Part shown: positions 46,909 to 57,106 of the stretch, piece after piece | Layout of the letters: every line of letters starts with the position of its first letter | Position numbering within the stretch: the stretch's first letter is position 1 | IMG/VR virus record: IMGVR_UViG_3300029267_001718 | Coordinates: 1 to 64,000 of that record | DNA: 64,000 nt | Reading direction: 5' to 3' (one strand) | From: a virus | Made by a program: the position numbers and the translations under genes | Notes under the pieces: generated by a model | What the model was told of the DNA's origin: nothing | Seen by the model: the letters and a program-made list of their open reading frames with translations, nothing else | Database searches by the model: none

Positions 46909-48870
46909 ATGAAGACGATGGGCGTCGATACATTCATCGAAATGGCCGAAGAACACGGTGCGTTTGCGTTTGACGTGGAGCACCTTGATACTATCCAATT
47001 CAATGCGGATGGTTTCAAACTCATAGGCTGCGGATTCGCGACTGAAGGGGCGGAATTCTTTGCGGATACGGACGCGGATATCGAGCGTATCTGCAAAGCT
47101 CTTTTCTACAATCACAACATTCACGCGGTTGCACACAACGCGAAGTATGATATCAAGTGCCTACGTGCGGCGAAACTTATCACGCGATATCCAGTCAGCT
47201 TGCGGTGCACAATGGTCGCGGCGAACCTGTTGGATGACAATAAGCATCCGAATCAACTAGGTTTGAAGCCGCTAGTCTACGACACGTTTGGTCATCGGAT
47301 GATGACTTACAAGGAAGCTATCGAACACGGTCCTCGGTCGAAGGAATTTTACGAGTATGGGTTGGATGACGTTCGTTGGACGTTGAAGCTGTGGCATAAG
47401 TATCATCCGGAACTTGAAAAGCAAAATCTTTGGAACTTGTTCTCTAAGATTGTGATGCCCGCATTGAACGCGTTCTCGGATATGGAGATAGTGGGTGTCG
47501 GTTGGGATCTCTCGGGTGCTCGCGGATTGCTGACGGGGTTCCAGAAACTTCGCGATGATATGGAAGATGCAGTGTTGTCGGAGATCGGCGACTTGAATCT
47601 CGGCTCGGGGGATCAACTGGCGAAGCGACTGTTTGACGAGTTGGGATATTCGACACGGGGTATTCCGATGACGGACAGCGGCAAGCGGTTGTCGGTCGAC
47701 GCGAAGGCGATGGATACGTTGGCGAAACGCTATCCGGTTTGTCACAAAATCAAGACGTTTCGCACAGCGTCGAAAATGATAAGCACTTACATTGAACCTC
47801 TCACGCGGATGTGTCTTGAAGACCCGAAGCGGCGAGTGCATCCAACGTTCTGGGTGGTCTCTTCGACAGGGCGAACCCGCTGCACGAATCCGAACTTCCA
47901 AAACATTCCAGCGTATCTGGCGAAGGAATTCAAGCATCTGAATATTCGGCGGAACGTGATACCGGCAGACGGTCGACGTTTCATTGTCGCGGACTTGTCG
48001 CAGATCGAACTCCGGTTGTGTGCACACTTCACCCAAGACGCGGCGTTTATGCGTGCCTATCGCGGATGGCAGTGCACGGCGTGCGGAGCGGCGGGGGATT
48101 CAACGGTGATTCTGCACACGTGCCCCGAATGTGGTGCGGACGAAAACGAGAAAATTCTGAATACTTGTCCGAAGTGTGGGGCGAAGCACGTTCATGTAGA
48201 TAAGAAGGCTGGAACGTGTGCAGTTTGTCGTGGGGATTCTTCGTACGATCTTGCGAAGATCCGAGCGTTCTGGCATGGTCTCGACATTCACACCGAAACA
48301 ACTGAAAGCATCGCGGCGTTGCACGGTGACCGGCAGAACGGTAAGCGTGCGAACTTCGCACTGATCTACAATGCCACCGCGAGGAAGATGCATGACGAAT
48401 ATCCGGACTTGTCGGTCGATGAGTGGCAGGATGTCATCACGCAATTCTTCGAACACTATCGCGGAGTCCAACGTTGGCACATGCAGATGCAGCGTCAACT
48501 CTACGATACCGGAGTTTGCACTGACATTTTCGGACGACGGCGACGGATCACGGCGAACGAATTACGCAAGTCACCGAAGCACGCGTTGAATCAATTCGTC
48601 AATTTTCCGATCCAGGCGAGTGCGTGCAATCTCATCATGCTGGCAATCGTGAAACTGCGTGAGTTGTTCATCGATAAAGGATGGTGGGAGCGTCGGGTTT
48701 GGCTGACGAACTTCGTTCACGACGAGATCATTTTGGAAGTGCCGGATAAGGATTCGGTAATCGCGGATGTGATTGACGACGTGCAAGCGGTGACGGAGCA
48801 CGTCGTTCAATTGCGAGTACCTCTGCGAATGGATTTCGACATTGCAGACAACTGGGGAATCAAAGGATGA
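46909..48870 (+). CDS. polA: Family A DNA polymerase with 3'-5' exonuclease and Cys-rich insertion
   Basis: FDVE, HNAKYD, YGLDD; TGR..PNFQNIP; DLSQIELR; KRANFALIY; VHDEI. Confidence 0.95.
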   Translation: MKTMGVDTFIEMAEEHGAFAFDVEHLDTIQFNADGFKLIGCGFATEGAEFFADTDADIERICKALFYNHNIHAVAHNAKYDIKCLRAAKLITRYPVSLRCTMVAANLLDDNKHPNQLGLKPLVYDTFGHRMMTYKEAIEHGPRSKEFYEYGLDDVRWTLKLWHKYHPELEKQNLWNLFSKIVMPALNAFSDMEIVGVGWDLSGARGLLTGFQKLRDDMEDAVLSEIGDLNLGSGDQLAKRLFDELGYSTRGIPMTDSGKRLSVDAKAMDTLAKRYPVCHKIKTFRTASKMISTYIEPLTRMCLEDPKRRVHPTFWVVSSTGRTRCTNPNFQNIPAYLAKEFKHLNIRRNVIPADGRRFIVADLSQIELRLCAHFTQDAAFMRAYRGWQCTACGAAGDSTVILHTCPECGADENEKILNTCPKCGAKHVHVDKKAGTCAVCRGDSSYDLAKIRAFWHGLDIHTETTESIAALHGDRQNGKRANFALIYNATARKMHDEYPDLSVDEWQDVITQFFEHYRGVQRWHMQMQRQLYDTGVCTDIFGRRRRITANELRKSPKHALNQFVNFPIQASACNLIMLAIVKLRELFIDKGWWERRVWLTNFVHDEIILEVPDKDSVIADVIDDVQAVTEHVVQLRVPLRMDFDIADNWGIKG

Positions 48871-48881
48871 ATCGATGCCCA

Positions 48882-48940
48882 GCACTGGTCCCTGGAGCGG
48901 CTTTTGGCATCCATCCCCGTGAAGGGGGCCAGTGCCTTTT
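48882..48940 (+). terminator. Stem-loop or terminator-like element after polA
   Basis: GCACTGGTCCCT / GGGGGCCAGTGC followed by CTTTT. Confidence 0.5.
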
Positions 48941-48945
48941 GTAAC

Positions 48946-50316
48946 ATGACGCACGAACTAAAACTAGACCGACTATTGTGGATTCCGGAAGCTGCGGCGG
49001 ATGTAGAAAAGCTGAAGTCGGAACTGACGATTCATACCGAAACCTACCGAGGGGCGTCGGCGACACTGGAACTCTATGAGCATCCCGGTGAAGTCATTGG
49101 CGTTCCTCGCATGTGGGGTTTGGATCAGTTCAAGAATGATCCGACTGTTCACGTGGTGGATAATACTTCGTATCCACACATCGAGTGGCCGGAACCGAAG
49201 TGCGATTGGCGTAAGGGTCAACTCCCTGCGGTGACTGAACTCGTAGCGTCGTTCAATCCAATAGACAACGTTTATGGTGCTCGACTTGAAGCGGCGTGCG
49301 GATTCGGCAAAACGTTGGTTGGTTTGGCAGTAGCATCGTTGCTGCACACTCCGACTTTGATCCTCGTTCACAAGGAAGACTTGGCGGGACAATGGCACAA
49401 GACTGCCGAGGATCTGATCCCGGGTGCACGGGGCGGACACGTCCAAGCAAATAAATGGCGATATCAGGATTGTCATTTCGTTACAGCGATGGCACAAACG
49501 TTGTATTCGCGAAGGCTGGAGCTACCGTTGGATTTCGCTCGACACTTCGGTTTGGTCATCTACGATGAGGGTCATCGATATCCAGCAAAAACGTTTGAAC
49601 GCGTGATGCGAATTCCCGAGGCACGCTATCGGTTGGCGGTGTCGGCGACGTGGAGACGTAAGGACGGGTGCGAGTGCATCTGGCACTGGCACGTTGGCGA
49701 CATTCAACACCGAGCGAATGCGGAAACGCTCTCAGGTGAATACGTTCAAGTGTTGTGGAAGACCAACGTTCGTGATTCGATGTTTCGTTTCGGGCGGAAG
49801 ATCAACACGGCGAGATATATCAATTCGATTTCAAAGAACGCGAAATTTAACGCGTGGCTCGCGGAGCAAGCGGTCGCGGGCGTGAAGGCTGGTCGTCGCG
49901 TGCTCTTGGTATCTGATCGGCTCGACCAATTGGAGTGGATTCGTGCACGAATTCTGAAGGATGGCGAGTCGCTGACGATTGGACGATACACGGGTAAAAT
50001 TCCGAACGGTAAAAAGGGACGGCGACCAACGGAAACTGAACTCAAGGAAGCGGCGTCGTGCGATCTGATCTTGGCGACGTATGGAATGATGGCGGAGGGA
50101 ACAGACATTCCGGAACTCGATACGCTGATCTTCGGAACACCCCGGGCGGACGTTCAGCAAGTGGTTGGTCGGATTCAACGTCCGGTTGACAAGAAGCGAT
50201 TGCTGATCGTCGATCCCGTCTTCTCGACTCCGTATAATCAGAACCTTGCGACGAAACGGGAAAAGACCTATCAAAAACTTGATTTTGTACCTCAAATTAA
50301 GGAGCGACGGAAATGA
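48946..50316 (+). CDS. Superfamily 2 (DExH) helicase
   Basis: CGFGKT, DEGH, SAT, EGTDIP.LD, QVVGRIQR. Confidence 0.92.
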   Translation: MTHELKLDRLLWIPEAAADVEKLKSELTIHTETYRGASATLELYEHPGEVIGVPRMWGLDQFKNDPTVHVVDNTSYPHIEWPEPKCDWRKGQLPAVTELVASFNPIDNVYGARLEAACGFGKTLVGLAVASLLHTPTLILVHKEDLAGQWHKTAEDLIPGARGGHVQANKWRYQDCHFVTAMAQTLYSRRLELPLDFARHFGLVIYDEGHRYPAKTFERVMRIPEARYRLAVSATWRRKDGCECIWHWHVGDIQHRANAETLSGEYVQVLWKTNVRDSMFRFGRKINTARYINSISKNAKFNAWLAEQAVAGVKAGRRVLLVSDRLDQLEWIRARILKDGESLTIGRYTGKIPNGKKGRRPTETELKEAASCDLILATYGMMAEGTDIPELDTLIFGTPRADVQQVVGRIQRPVDKKRLLIVDPVFSTPYNQNLATKREKTYQKLDFVPQIKERRK

Positions 50317-50690
50317 GTGAGAGCAGTGATGTCGGTTCGAAAATCTCAACGGATGCTTTGACTTCTGCGAAGTCTGAGCGTCGAATGTTGACGGTCACGA
50401 AAATGTACCACCGTAGCGGCGTGCTCGACCGCGAGGAAAGCGATGACGAACCTCTTGAGGTTGAAGTCCCCGCTGCGGATGTTCCTCTCGCGTCGGTAGG
50501 GTTCGGCGTGCGGATGACGGTGAACATGGGAAACTACGAGACGGTTCAGGTTGGAGTCAATGCCCAACTGCCGTGCTACGTGGAAGAAATGGATGACGCA
50601 CTAACGACGGCGAAGAATTTCGTGGACGTGCGTTTGAACAAGGAAGTGAAGGCACTGCGGGACTACCGAAAGGAACGGGACGCATCGTGA
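50313..50690 (+). CDS. Conserved phage hypothetical protein
   Basis: TVNMGNYET motif, often seen near phage recA genes. Confidence 0.6.
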   Translation: MSESSDVGSKISTDALTSAKSERRMLTVTKMYHRSGVLDREESDDEPLEVEVPAADVPLASVGFGVRMTVNMGNYETVQVGVNAQLPCYVEEMDDALTTAKNFVDVRLNKEVKALRDYRKERDAS

Positions 50691-51781
50691 GCGATTCTGA
50701 CGAAACGACATTGGATCGCGTGAAGTCGTGGATGGATGCGATCAACAAAACGTACAAGGGTGAAGTCGTTGAAGTCGGCGGGAATTTCGGTGCGTTGAGT
50801 TTGCACCGATTTTCCAGCGGGGTTATCGACTTGGATTGTGCTCTTGGTGGAGGTTGGCCGTTTGGACGGACGATGGTCATCGCGGGCGACGAGTCGACGG
50901 GGAAAACGCTGAAGGTTCTGAAGGCGTTCGAACAAATCGAAAACTACGATCACAAGACGCGGCTCCACAGGTCGCTGGTCGATCCGGAAAAGTTCGAACC
51001 TGGGAAGGGTCTCTTCATCGACTTGGAGGGTGCGTTCGATATTGATTGGGCGATCCGAAACGGATTCAATCCGGATAGCCACATAGTCGCCCGTCCCGAA
51101 TATGCGGAGCAAGCGGTCGATATCGTCACTGCGGCTATTCGCGAGAACGTCTTCGATCTGATCGCAATTGATTCCATTGCCCAAATGACCCCCGCGAAAG
51201 AGATCGAACAGTCCTCTGAAGATACGCTAGTTGGTGCAGCCGCGAGGTTGCTCAATCGGGCGATGCGTACGTGGACGGCGAGCCTCAACCGTATGAGCCA
51301 GGAATCTTCCACGGGCGGTCCAGCGATTATTTGTCTGAATCAATTCCGTATCAATATCGGGCAGATGTTTGGCGATCCTCGCACACTCCCGGGCGGACGT
51401 GCACAGCGATTCGCGGCGTCGATTATCGTCTACACGAAATCGGCGAAAATCAGCGACGATACGGACAAAGAAACAGCCATCGGCGAATACGGCGGGGTGG
51501 TGCATAAGAATAAGACTTACATCCCCCGATTGAACTTCGCCTATCGTATGGCGTTGAAGGAAACGGACGGATGGCCAGCGTGCCAAGTCGACAATCTTTC
51601 GCGGATGCTGAAAGCTGGAAAACGTTACGGGCTGATCGTCACTGAAAAGGGCAAGACCCTGTTTGGCGATCTGAAATTTCCCACTCAAAAAGCACTGATG
51701 GAACAAGTCGCCAAGGATGCCGAACTGTATCGACTCTTGTGGTTGGCGATCTGCGAAGCTGCTGCAGCCAAACGAAGATGA
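50687..51781 (+). CDS. recA: RecA-like recombinase
   Basis: SSG...LD.ALGGG.P.GR, GDESTGKT, FIDLEG, IDSIA, NQFR, PGGRA. Confidence 0.92.
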   Translation: MSDSDETTLDRVKSWMDAINKTYKGEVVEVGGNFGALSLHRFSSGVIDLDCALGGGWPFGRTMVIAGDESTGKTLKVLKAFEQIENYDHKTRLHRSLVDPEKFEPGKGLFIDLEGAFDIDWAIRNGFNPDSHIVARPEYAEQAVDIVTAAIRENVFDLIAIDSIAQMTPAKEIEQSSEDTLVGAAARLLNRAMRTWTASLNRMSQESSTGGPAIICLNQFRINIGQMFGDPRTLPGGRAQRFAASIIVYTKSAKISDDTDKETAIGEYGGVVHKNKTYIPRLNFAYRMALKETDGWPACQVDNLSRMLKAGKRYGLIVTEKGKTLFGDLKFPTQKALMEQVAKDAELYRLLWLAICEAAAAKRR

Positions 51782-52224
51782 CGAAAGAATTTCGATTCGC
51801 TGATCGGGAACCCAAAAAGCCGGGAACCCAAACACCACTTGGCTCGCAAAAACACAAGTCTGTGAAAGCTCGGACGCTGCAGACGGAGCGTGACGCTGCG
51901 GACACGCTTGGTGGTGTCGCTCAACCGGCGAGCGGTGCTATGGAAGCCCACAAGGGCGATATTCGCTTGGATGATATTCTTTTGGATTCGAAGGAAACCG
52001 AAGGGCAAGTCATCAACGTAACCAAACGGGATCTCGTGAAAATCTGTCGGGAAGCGTTTGAGATCGGCAAGCACCCGGGAATCGTTGTCAAAATGAACGG
52101 GGTAGCAACTACTGTCCCGAAGACCTGGGTCATGCTGCCGATTACGGTCATTGCTTACATGCTGGAACGTGGACAAGGCGAGGGCTTATCCGATGTCGAT
52201 TCTGGATGGGATGAGGGAACTTGA
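51778..52224 (+). CDS. Holliday junction resolvase-like PD-(D/E)XK nuclease
   Basis: ER..A..LGG...PASGA...KGDI...LDSK. Confidence 0.65.
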   Translation: MTKEFRFADREPKKPGTQTPLGSQKHKSVKARTLQTERDAADTLGGVAQPASGAMEAHKGDIRLDDILLDSKETEGQVINVTKRDLVKICREAFEIGKHPGIVVKMNGVATTVPKTWVMLPITVIAYMLERGQGEGLSDVDSGWDEGT

Positions 52225-53224
52225 CGCCGAGCGGAAACGTGATGTCGAAATCGACTCACCCGCGAAGTATTGTCACCTTGAAAAAGCAATCAAGGTTTGG
52301 CTGAACTCACGTCCCCCACGTGAGCCGGGAACGGACTGGCTTAGGGCGTCCGGTCTTCATTCGCTGTGTCCTCGGCAGTTCGTGTTGAATTATTGGCATC
52401 CTCGCCCACACGTGCAGTTTGATTGGGCGAGCATCCTACGGATGAACATCGGATCGTATCTGCATTATTTCATGCAGAATCAAGTGCTAGGGCCGATGGG
52501 CGTTCTCTACGGGACATGGTGGAACAAAAAGACTGGGGTGAGGGTTGGCGGATTTCACCCTGAGCCCGAAGTCGATTGGGATACGACGGAAATCACCTGG
52601 GAATTTCAAGAGGAAACGGTTCGCGACGAACACCTTCGAATTGAAGGGCACTTGGACGGAATGGTCAGCGTGGAGCGGATAGCGTACCTCTACGAAATGG
52701 GCGATCTGCACAAACGCGATCCAGAGGAATGCATGAGGCGAATGTGGTCGATGTCGGCGGGGACACTCGTCCCGTTCGAACTGAAGACCGTGAGCAATTA
52801 CGGCTACACTCTCTTGGAAGGCCCGAAGGATATCGCGGGCTATTACAAAATGCAATCGTGCATCTACCAGAAACTCAAGGGCGAAAAACGGATGGTGTTC
52901 CTCTTCATCAACCGAGACACGGTCGCCAGCAAAACGATGCTCTACAACTATGAGCCTGGGTGGTGGCGTGATGCGAAACGAAAAGCACAAATCGTTTGGG
53001 AAGCAATTCGTGATGAGACGCTTCCGGAAAACGGAATGAAGTGTCATACACCTACAGACAAGCGTGCGAAGAACTGCCTGTTCCACCACCCGTGTTGGCT
53101 GGCGGAACCGAGCGACTTTCGAACGTACGTTGAGGAAGGAAAAATTCGTGCTGACGAATCTGGTCGCAAGCTGCTTGACTTGTCGAAGTGGAGCGGTCGG
53201 GTTGACTTGATTGAAGTCCTGTAG
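52193..53224 (+). CDS. Cas4-like/PD-(D/E)XK exonuclease
   Basis: RAS...CPR, G..H, GHLDG, ELKT, Q..IY, C-terminal C...C.F...C. Confidence 0.8.
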   Translation: MSILDGMRELDAERKRDVEIDSPAKYCHLEKAIKVWLNSRPPREPGTDWLRASGLHSLCPRQFVLNYWHPRPHVQFDWASILRMNIGSYLHYFMQNQVLGPMGVLYGTWWNKKTGVRVGGFHPEPEVDWDTTEITWEFQEETVRDEHLRIEGHLDGMVSVERIAYLYEMGDLHKRDPEECMRRMWSMSAGTLVPFELKTVSNYGYTLLEGPKDIAGYYKMQSCIYQKLKGEKRMVFLFINRDTVASKTMLYNYEPGWWRDAKRKAQIVWEAIRDETLPENGMKCHTPTDKRAKNCLFHHPCWLAEPSDFRTYVEEGKIRADESGRKLLDLSKWSGRVDLIEVL

Positions 53225-53236
53225 TATTCTCAGGTT

Positions 53237-54031
53237 ATGAATACTACAGTACATAACAAACGTGTCTCGGATGATGACATTCGCAAGGCTTACAGACTGG
53301 CACCGACTTTGCGTGTTGGTGCTCAACTCGTAGGATTATGTCCGCAATCATTCCACGAACGGGTGAAGCGATTGATTCCGCAGGATGAGCAACGGAACAC
53401 CAATTGGACTGCTGCGGAAATTCAGCGACTTCGCGACTACTACACAAATACGGATTCGAAACGATTCAGCATCAAAACGATAGCGAAACGTTTGCAGCGT
53501 CCGTATTCGGGCGTAGCTCTCATGGCTTCGCGACTCGGGTTGACTCAACAGAATCGACCAATGAGCGATGAGCATCATCGGAAAGTCACCGAAGCCAATC
53601 ACGAACGCTGTGGATCGTCCCCATTTTCACAGACCAAAAAAGGGCGGCGATCCGATCTTGGCGATGCGTTTTTCCGTAGTGCCTGGGAGGCAAACTACGC
53701 TCGATACCTTAACCTCATGGTCGAGGAAGGACTTATTTGGAAGTGGGAATACGAACCGGAAACGTACTGGTTCCATAAGATCAAGCGGGGAACGCGATCC
53801 TATCTTCCCGATTTCAAAGTTTGGCCGATTCCCAACGCAGAGGGGATTTTCTATCTCGTCGAAGTTAAGGGTTACATGGACCCTGTTTCAAAAACAAAGC
53901 TCAAGCGAATGCGGCGATACTACCCGCACATCACGCTTTTACTTTTGGAACGAAAAGTTTATAGGCGAATGTCGAAAATCTACGGTGAACTCATTCCAAA
54001 TTGGGAGTTCGCCAAGTCCGAAAAGAAATGA
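53237..54031 (+). CDS. HTH plus T7 EndoI-like PD-(D/E)XK endonuclease
   Basis: FRSAWEANYA, WEYEP, YLPDF, VEVKG. Confidence 0.75.
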   Translation: MNTTVHNKRVSDDDIRKAYRLAPTLRVGAQLVGLCPQSFHERVKRLIPQDEQRNTNWTAAEIQRLRDYYTNTDSKRFSIKTIAKRLQRPYSGVALMASRLGLTQQNRPMSDEHHRKVTEANHERCGSSPFSQTKKGRRSDLGDAFFRSAWEANYARYLNLMVEEGLIWKWEYEPETYWFHKIKRGTRSYLPDFKVWPIPNAEGIFYLVEVKGYMDPVSKTKLKRMRRYYPHITLLLLERKVYRRMSKIYGELIPNWEFAKSEKK

Positions 54032-54189
54032 CTTTTGGATTCTTTGCAAAAATTTTGCCTTGCCGACGATGCTCAAGTGGTAGAAGTGAAAGCCCGTAAA
54101 ATACGCACTTCAGAGCCATGCATCGTAGTCCGGATAGATGAAATCCGGCCAGCCCGCTGAAAAATTTTTGGATTTTTCAGGAATTCCCC

Positions 54190-54218
54190 TTGCAATCATC
54201 GCCGATACCGGCTATATT
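54190..54218 (+). promoter_or_regulatory. sigma70-type promoter with GCCGATACCGGC in the spacer
   Basis: TTGCAA-17 bp-TATATT. Confidence 0.8.
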
Positions 54219-54266
54219 TCAAACATGCGAAACACATTCACCACCACCGCAAACGGGACCAAAACC

Positions 54267-54656
54267 ATGTCGCTTAAATCGCAAGCCCTCGCACGTCAAC
54301 AAAAAATCGCCGAATTCAACGAAGCCGAAATCGCGAATGAAATTGCTGCAATCCGCAAGGAGATGGCGAAAATCAACCGCATGATTGATCGTGCAACCGA
54401 TCCCGTGAATAAAGCCGTGCGGACTATCAACCGTTGGATCGATCTGAACAACTACAACGGGTTTGACGACGACGCCCAAAAGCGTGAAATGGCGACAGCC
54501 GCTCTCAACGCGTGGAACGGTCTGACCGATCTGGAACGGTTGAGCATCCGATCCACCAAACGCATTCTCAACGAATTGGTGAAGTGGTCGTCTGATCCCT
54601 TTGCTTACGCTATTCCTCGGGACCGTGTAACGGATGCTCACATTCTCCGACGTTAA
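54267..54656 (+). CDS. Hypothetical early protein
   Basis: First gene after the promoter; conserved CACCAC leader. Confidence 0.6.
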   Translation: MSLKSQALARQQKIAEFNEAEIANEIAAIRKEMAKINRMIDRATDPVNKAVRTINRWIDLNNYNGFDDDAQKREMATAALNAWNGLTDLERLSIRSTKRILNELVKWSSDPFAYAIPRDRVTDAHILRR

Positions 54657-54697
54657 ACCGAACGCGAAACGAATCACCACCATACCGGAGCCGAACG

Positions 54698-54997
54698 ATG
54701 AACCACGAAAATCAAAATTTCGATCAGCTGGCCGACAAACTACGCGAATCCTTCGATCTGCCAATCGAAGCGAAATCGGTCGAAGATGGCGTGCTCTTTC
54801 TGGAGCGATACTTCGATGACGACGCTAACCTCACCCACGATTGCGAAGTCGCTCTGAGCGTGCTGTGGGATGACGACTCGTTCGGCTACGTGCTCGGCCA
54901 CAGCAACCAATACCGGGGACGGCGAGGCTTGCCCCGTCTGGCATTCGATACCGTAGAAGACGCGGTCGACTTCGTTCTCTCTTGCGGCGTGATCTAG
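54698..54997 (+). CDS. Hypothetical early protein
   Basis: CACCAC..CCGGAG leader. Confidence 0.6.
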   Translation: MNHENQNFDQLADKLRESFDLPIEAKSVEDGVLFLERYFDDDANLTHDCEVALSVLWDDDSFGYVLGHSNQYRGRRGLPRLAFDTVEDAVDFVLSCGVI

Positions 54998-55031
54998 GAA
55001 ACAACACGCACCACCACACGGGATTGAACCG

Positions 55032-55412
55032 ATGAAAAGCGAACACGAAAAAGCGACTGAACTGCACGCGAAACTCGCCGAAATCGTCAGCGGCGAACTC
55101 GCCAAAACAGTGCCGGTCATTTGCACGGATCGACACATCCCCCGCAAGGAACAGGCCAAACTCGCACGCAAACTTTTCAAGATCCTCGGAATCAGAGGCG
55201 TCAGCGTTCGCACGCCGAACTACTCAATGGCCCGAGTGGTTGACGTGAGACTCCCGCAACTCGGCGATGACGTGGAACGGGAAGCACGACGCAAGGCGAA
55301 TTGGGAAGCACGTTGTCGGATGAAGGATGTGTTGGAATTCGCATTCCCTTGCCACGATGACCGCAGCGACCCGATGACAGACTATTTCGATCATTGCTGG
55401 TCGATTGACTAG
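55032..55412 (+). CDS. LPD29-like small protein
   Basis: AKLARK...VSVR..NYS...DPMTDYFD pattern. Confidence 0.5.
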   Translation: MKSEHEKATELHAKLAEIVSGELAKTVPVICTDRHIPRKEQAKLARKLFKILGIRGVSVRTPNYSMARVVDVRLPQLGDDVEREARRKANWEARCRMKDVLEFAFPCHDDRSDPMTDYFDHCWSID

Positions 55413-55452
55413 GAAACCAACTATCACCACCTTCACCACACGGGAGCTAACA

Positions 55453-55641
55453 ATGGCACAGCACATCGACACGAACGCACGCGGGATCAGCGTTGTCACC
55501 CCCGCACAACTCTTCGGTCCTCCGCCCGAGCCTGCACCGACTTATGAGGAAGTCTTGGCGATGGGATACCCACGCAACTGGGAGTACATGCAGGGTATCA
55601 AACCTATCGATTGGGAACGTTCACAGGAGTTGCCACGATGA
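55453..55641 (+). CDS. Hypothetical protein
   Basis: CGGGAG RBS with CACCAC leader. Confidence 0.5.
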   Translation: MAQHIDTNARGISVVTPAQLFGPPPEPAPTYEEVLAMGYPRNWEYMQGIKPIDWERSQELPR

Positions 55642-56139
55642 CCGTCAAAACAACATACGAGTGGGACTGCGAACTAGTCGACGAGCACGGCGACATTCAG
55701 GATCACAATCACTTCGATAAGCTGGTGGATGCGTTAGCCTACCAACGCGAGCATGACGGCGACGGCGGAGCGATCTCCATCGTCCTCGTGCGTGACACGG
55801 TTGCGTGACACGGTCTGCGAGTTTGATGGGCTTATCCAGCGGTTCTGGGCGTACGTGGAGAATGGCGTGCTGCCGGATGTCATGTATTCGGCGGACGACT
55901 CCGAGACGAACACGCCCAAGCGATATCTCCGCGAGGCCGAACGCGAACTTCCCCTGCCGAAACTCTCGGAGGTTCTGGAGGCTCTGGGGTACACTCACGA
56001 GCGAGCCGGGGAACACACCTACGCTCACTACATCTACAAGGACGGAGAGCACGTATTCACGGGTACAGCGGCGGATGTGTGGGAGTGGCTTGTCGAACGC
56101 GGTGAATCGAAGAACGGGAGACCATATCCGAATGGCTAA
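55638..56139 (+). pseudogene. Gene interrupted by a 13-bp tandem duplication
   Basis: TGCGTGACACGGT twice at 55789-55814; removing one copy joins the two ORFs. Confidence 0.7.
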
Positions 56140-56470
56140 ACGTTACGGCGTTGCCGATCTGATTGGAGTTGGTGGAATGCAATACCGCAGACTGAAGAAA
56201 AAATGTTGCGAACTTGGCGTGCTGCTGTTCATCGACGAGCACGCCCGAACGTTGGCAGCGGAAGCCCCGACAGGATTTTGTTTTGACGCACACGGGGCAC
56301 ACGTCCTAGAACATAACTATTCGCTCAAGAGTCCCTTAGCGGATGCGGTGGCGAGAATGCTCTTGGATGTGACTCACGGGCTAGTCTCTTGTCCTGTGGG
56401 TGACTCGTGTACGTTCTGTGGTGATTCGACTCGATTTCAAGAAAAGCGAGGGGACCGATGCCTGACTTAA
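56132..56470 (+). CDS. Hypothetical protein
   Basis: Overlaps both neighbours; C-terminal C....C..C. Confidence 0.5.
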   Translation: MAKRYGVADLIGVGGMQYRRLKKKCCELGVLLFIDEHARTLAAEAPTGFCFDAHGAHVLEHNYSLKSPLADAVARMLLDVTHGLVSCPVGDSCTFCGDSTRFQEKRGDRCLT

Positions 56471-56772
56471 CCGAGCAAACCTTCTGGGCGTGCCAAACGG
56501 CGATTGAATGGTCTACAGTAGTCGTCGGAAGCACGGGCGATAATCACGTGGTTCGTTGGGGGTTCACGCCCGAAGGCGATACCGAATATGCGTACAGCTG
56601 CGATTGCAAGGGATTCAAATATCGCAAACGTTGTTCCCACGTTAAGCGGGCGAAGGAACGTCGCTGTGGGTGGACACAATTCGTGGACGGCGGCGAGCCT
56701 CACACGGTAGACGGGAAGCACTTCTGTCCCGAATGCGGTGGTCCGGTCGTTGCCCAAAGATTTGGAGTTTGA
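56458..56772 (+). CDS. SWIM zinc-finger protein
   Basis: CDCKGFKYRKRCSH plus CPECG. Confidence 0.75.
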   Translation: MPDLTEQTFWACQTAIEWSTVVVGSTGDNHVVRWGFTPEGDTEYAYSCDCKGFKYRKRCSHVKRAKERRCGWTQFVDGGEPHTVDGKHFCPECGGPVVAQRFGV

Positions 56773-56773
56773 A

Positions 56774-57103
56774 ATGCTCTGTTCAATGTGCCAGCACGGA
56801 ACCACTCAACACTGGAACTGCACTGAGTGCGGTGAGCGTCACTGCAAACACATTCGGTCTTGCTCGTGCAGCACGCCCGAGGAACGTGCAGCGTGGCACC
56901 ACCCGGGGTGGGAATCGTTCGTTGAGTACATGAATCAATTCCCCTGCGTGGATCAGCATGACTGGGAGCAACTGGAGCCCCACTGGAATATGTGGGTCAC
57001 GTCCTGGCAATATGCGATTAACTTTGCGGAAAGCCAGCAACCGCTATGCTGTCGTGGTAAGAAATGCGAGGGTTGCCGAAATCCCGATTGTCCTTTGGAG
57101 TAA
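56774..57103 (+). CDS. Cys-rich hypothetical protein
   Basis: Multiple CxxC motifs. Confidence 0.5.
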   Translation: MLCSMCQHGTTQHWNCTECGERHCKHIRSCSCSTPEERAAWHHPGWESFVEYMNQFPCVDQHDWEQLEPHWNMWVTSWQYAINFAESQQPLCCRGKKCEGCRNPDCPLE

Positions 57104-57106
57104 ATC

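Noticed and set aside
48064-48276. Intein or intron in polA
   Set aside because: No HN-C/S/T splice junction or homing endonuclease motifs; the frame stays open.
52193-53224. CRISPR-Cas locus suggested by the Cas4-like gene
   Set aside because: No repeat-spacer array or other cas genes; the gene sits in a recombination module.
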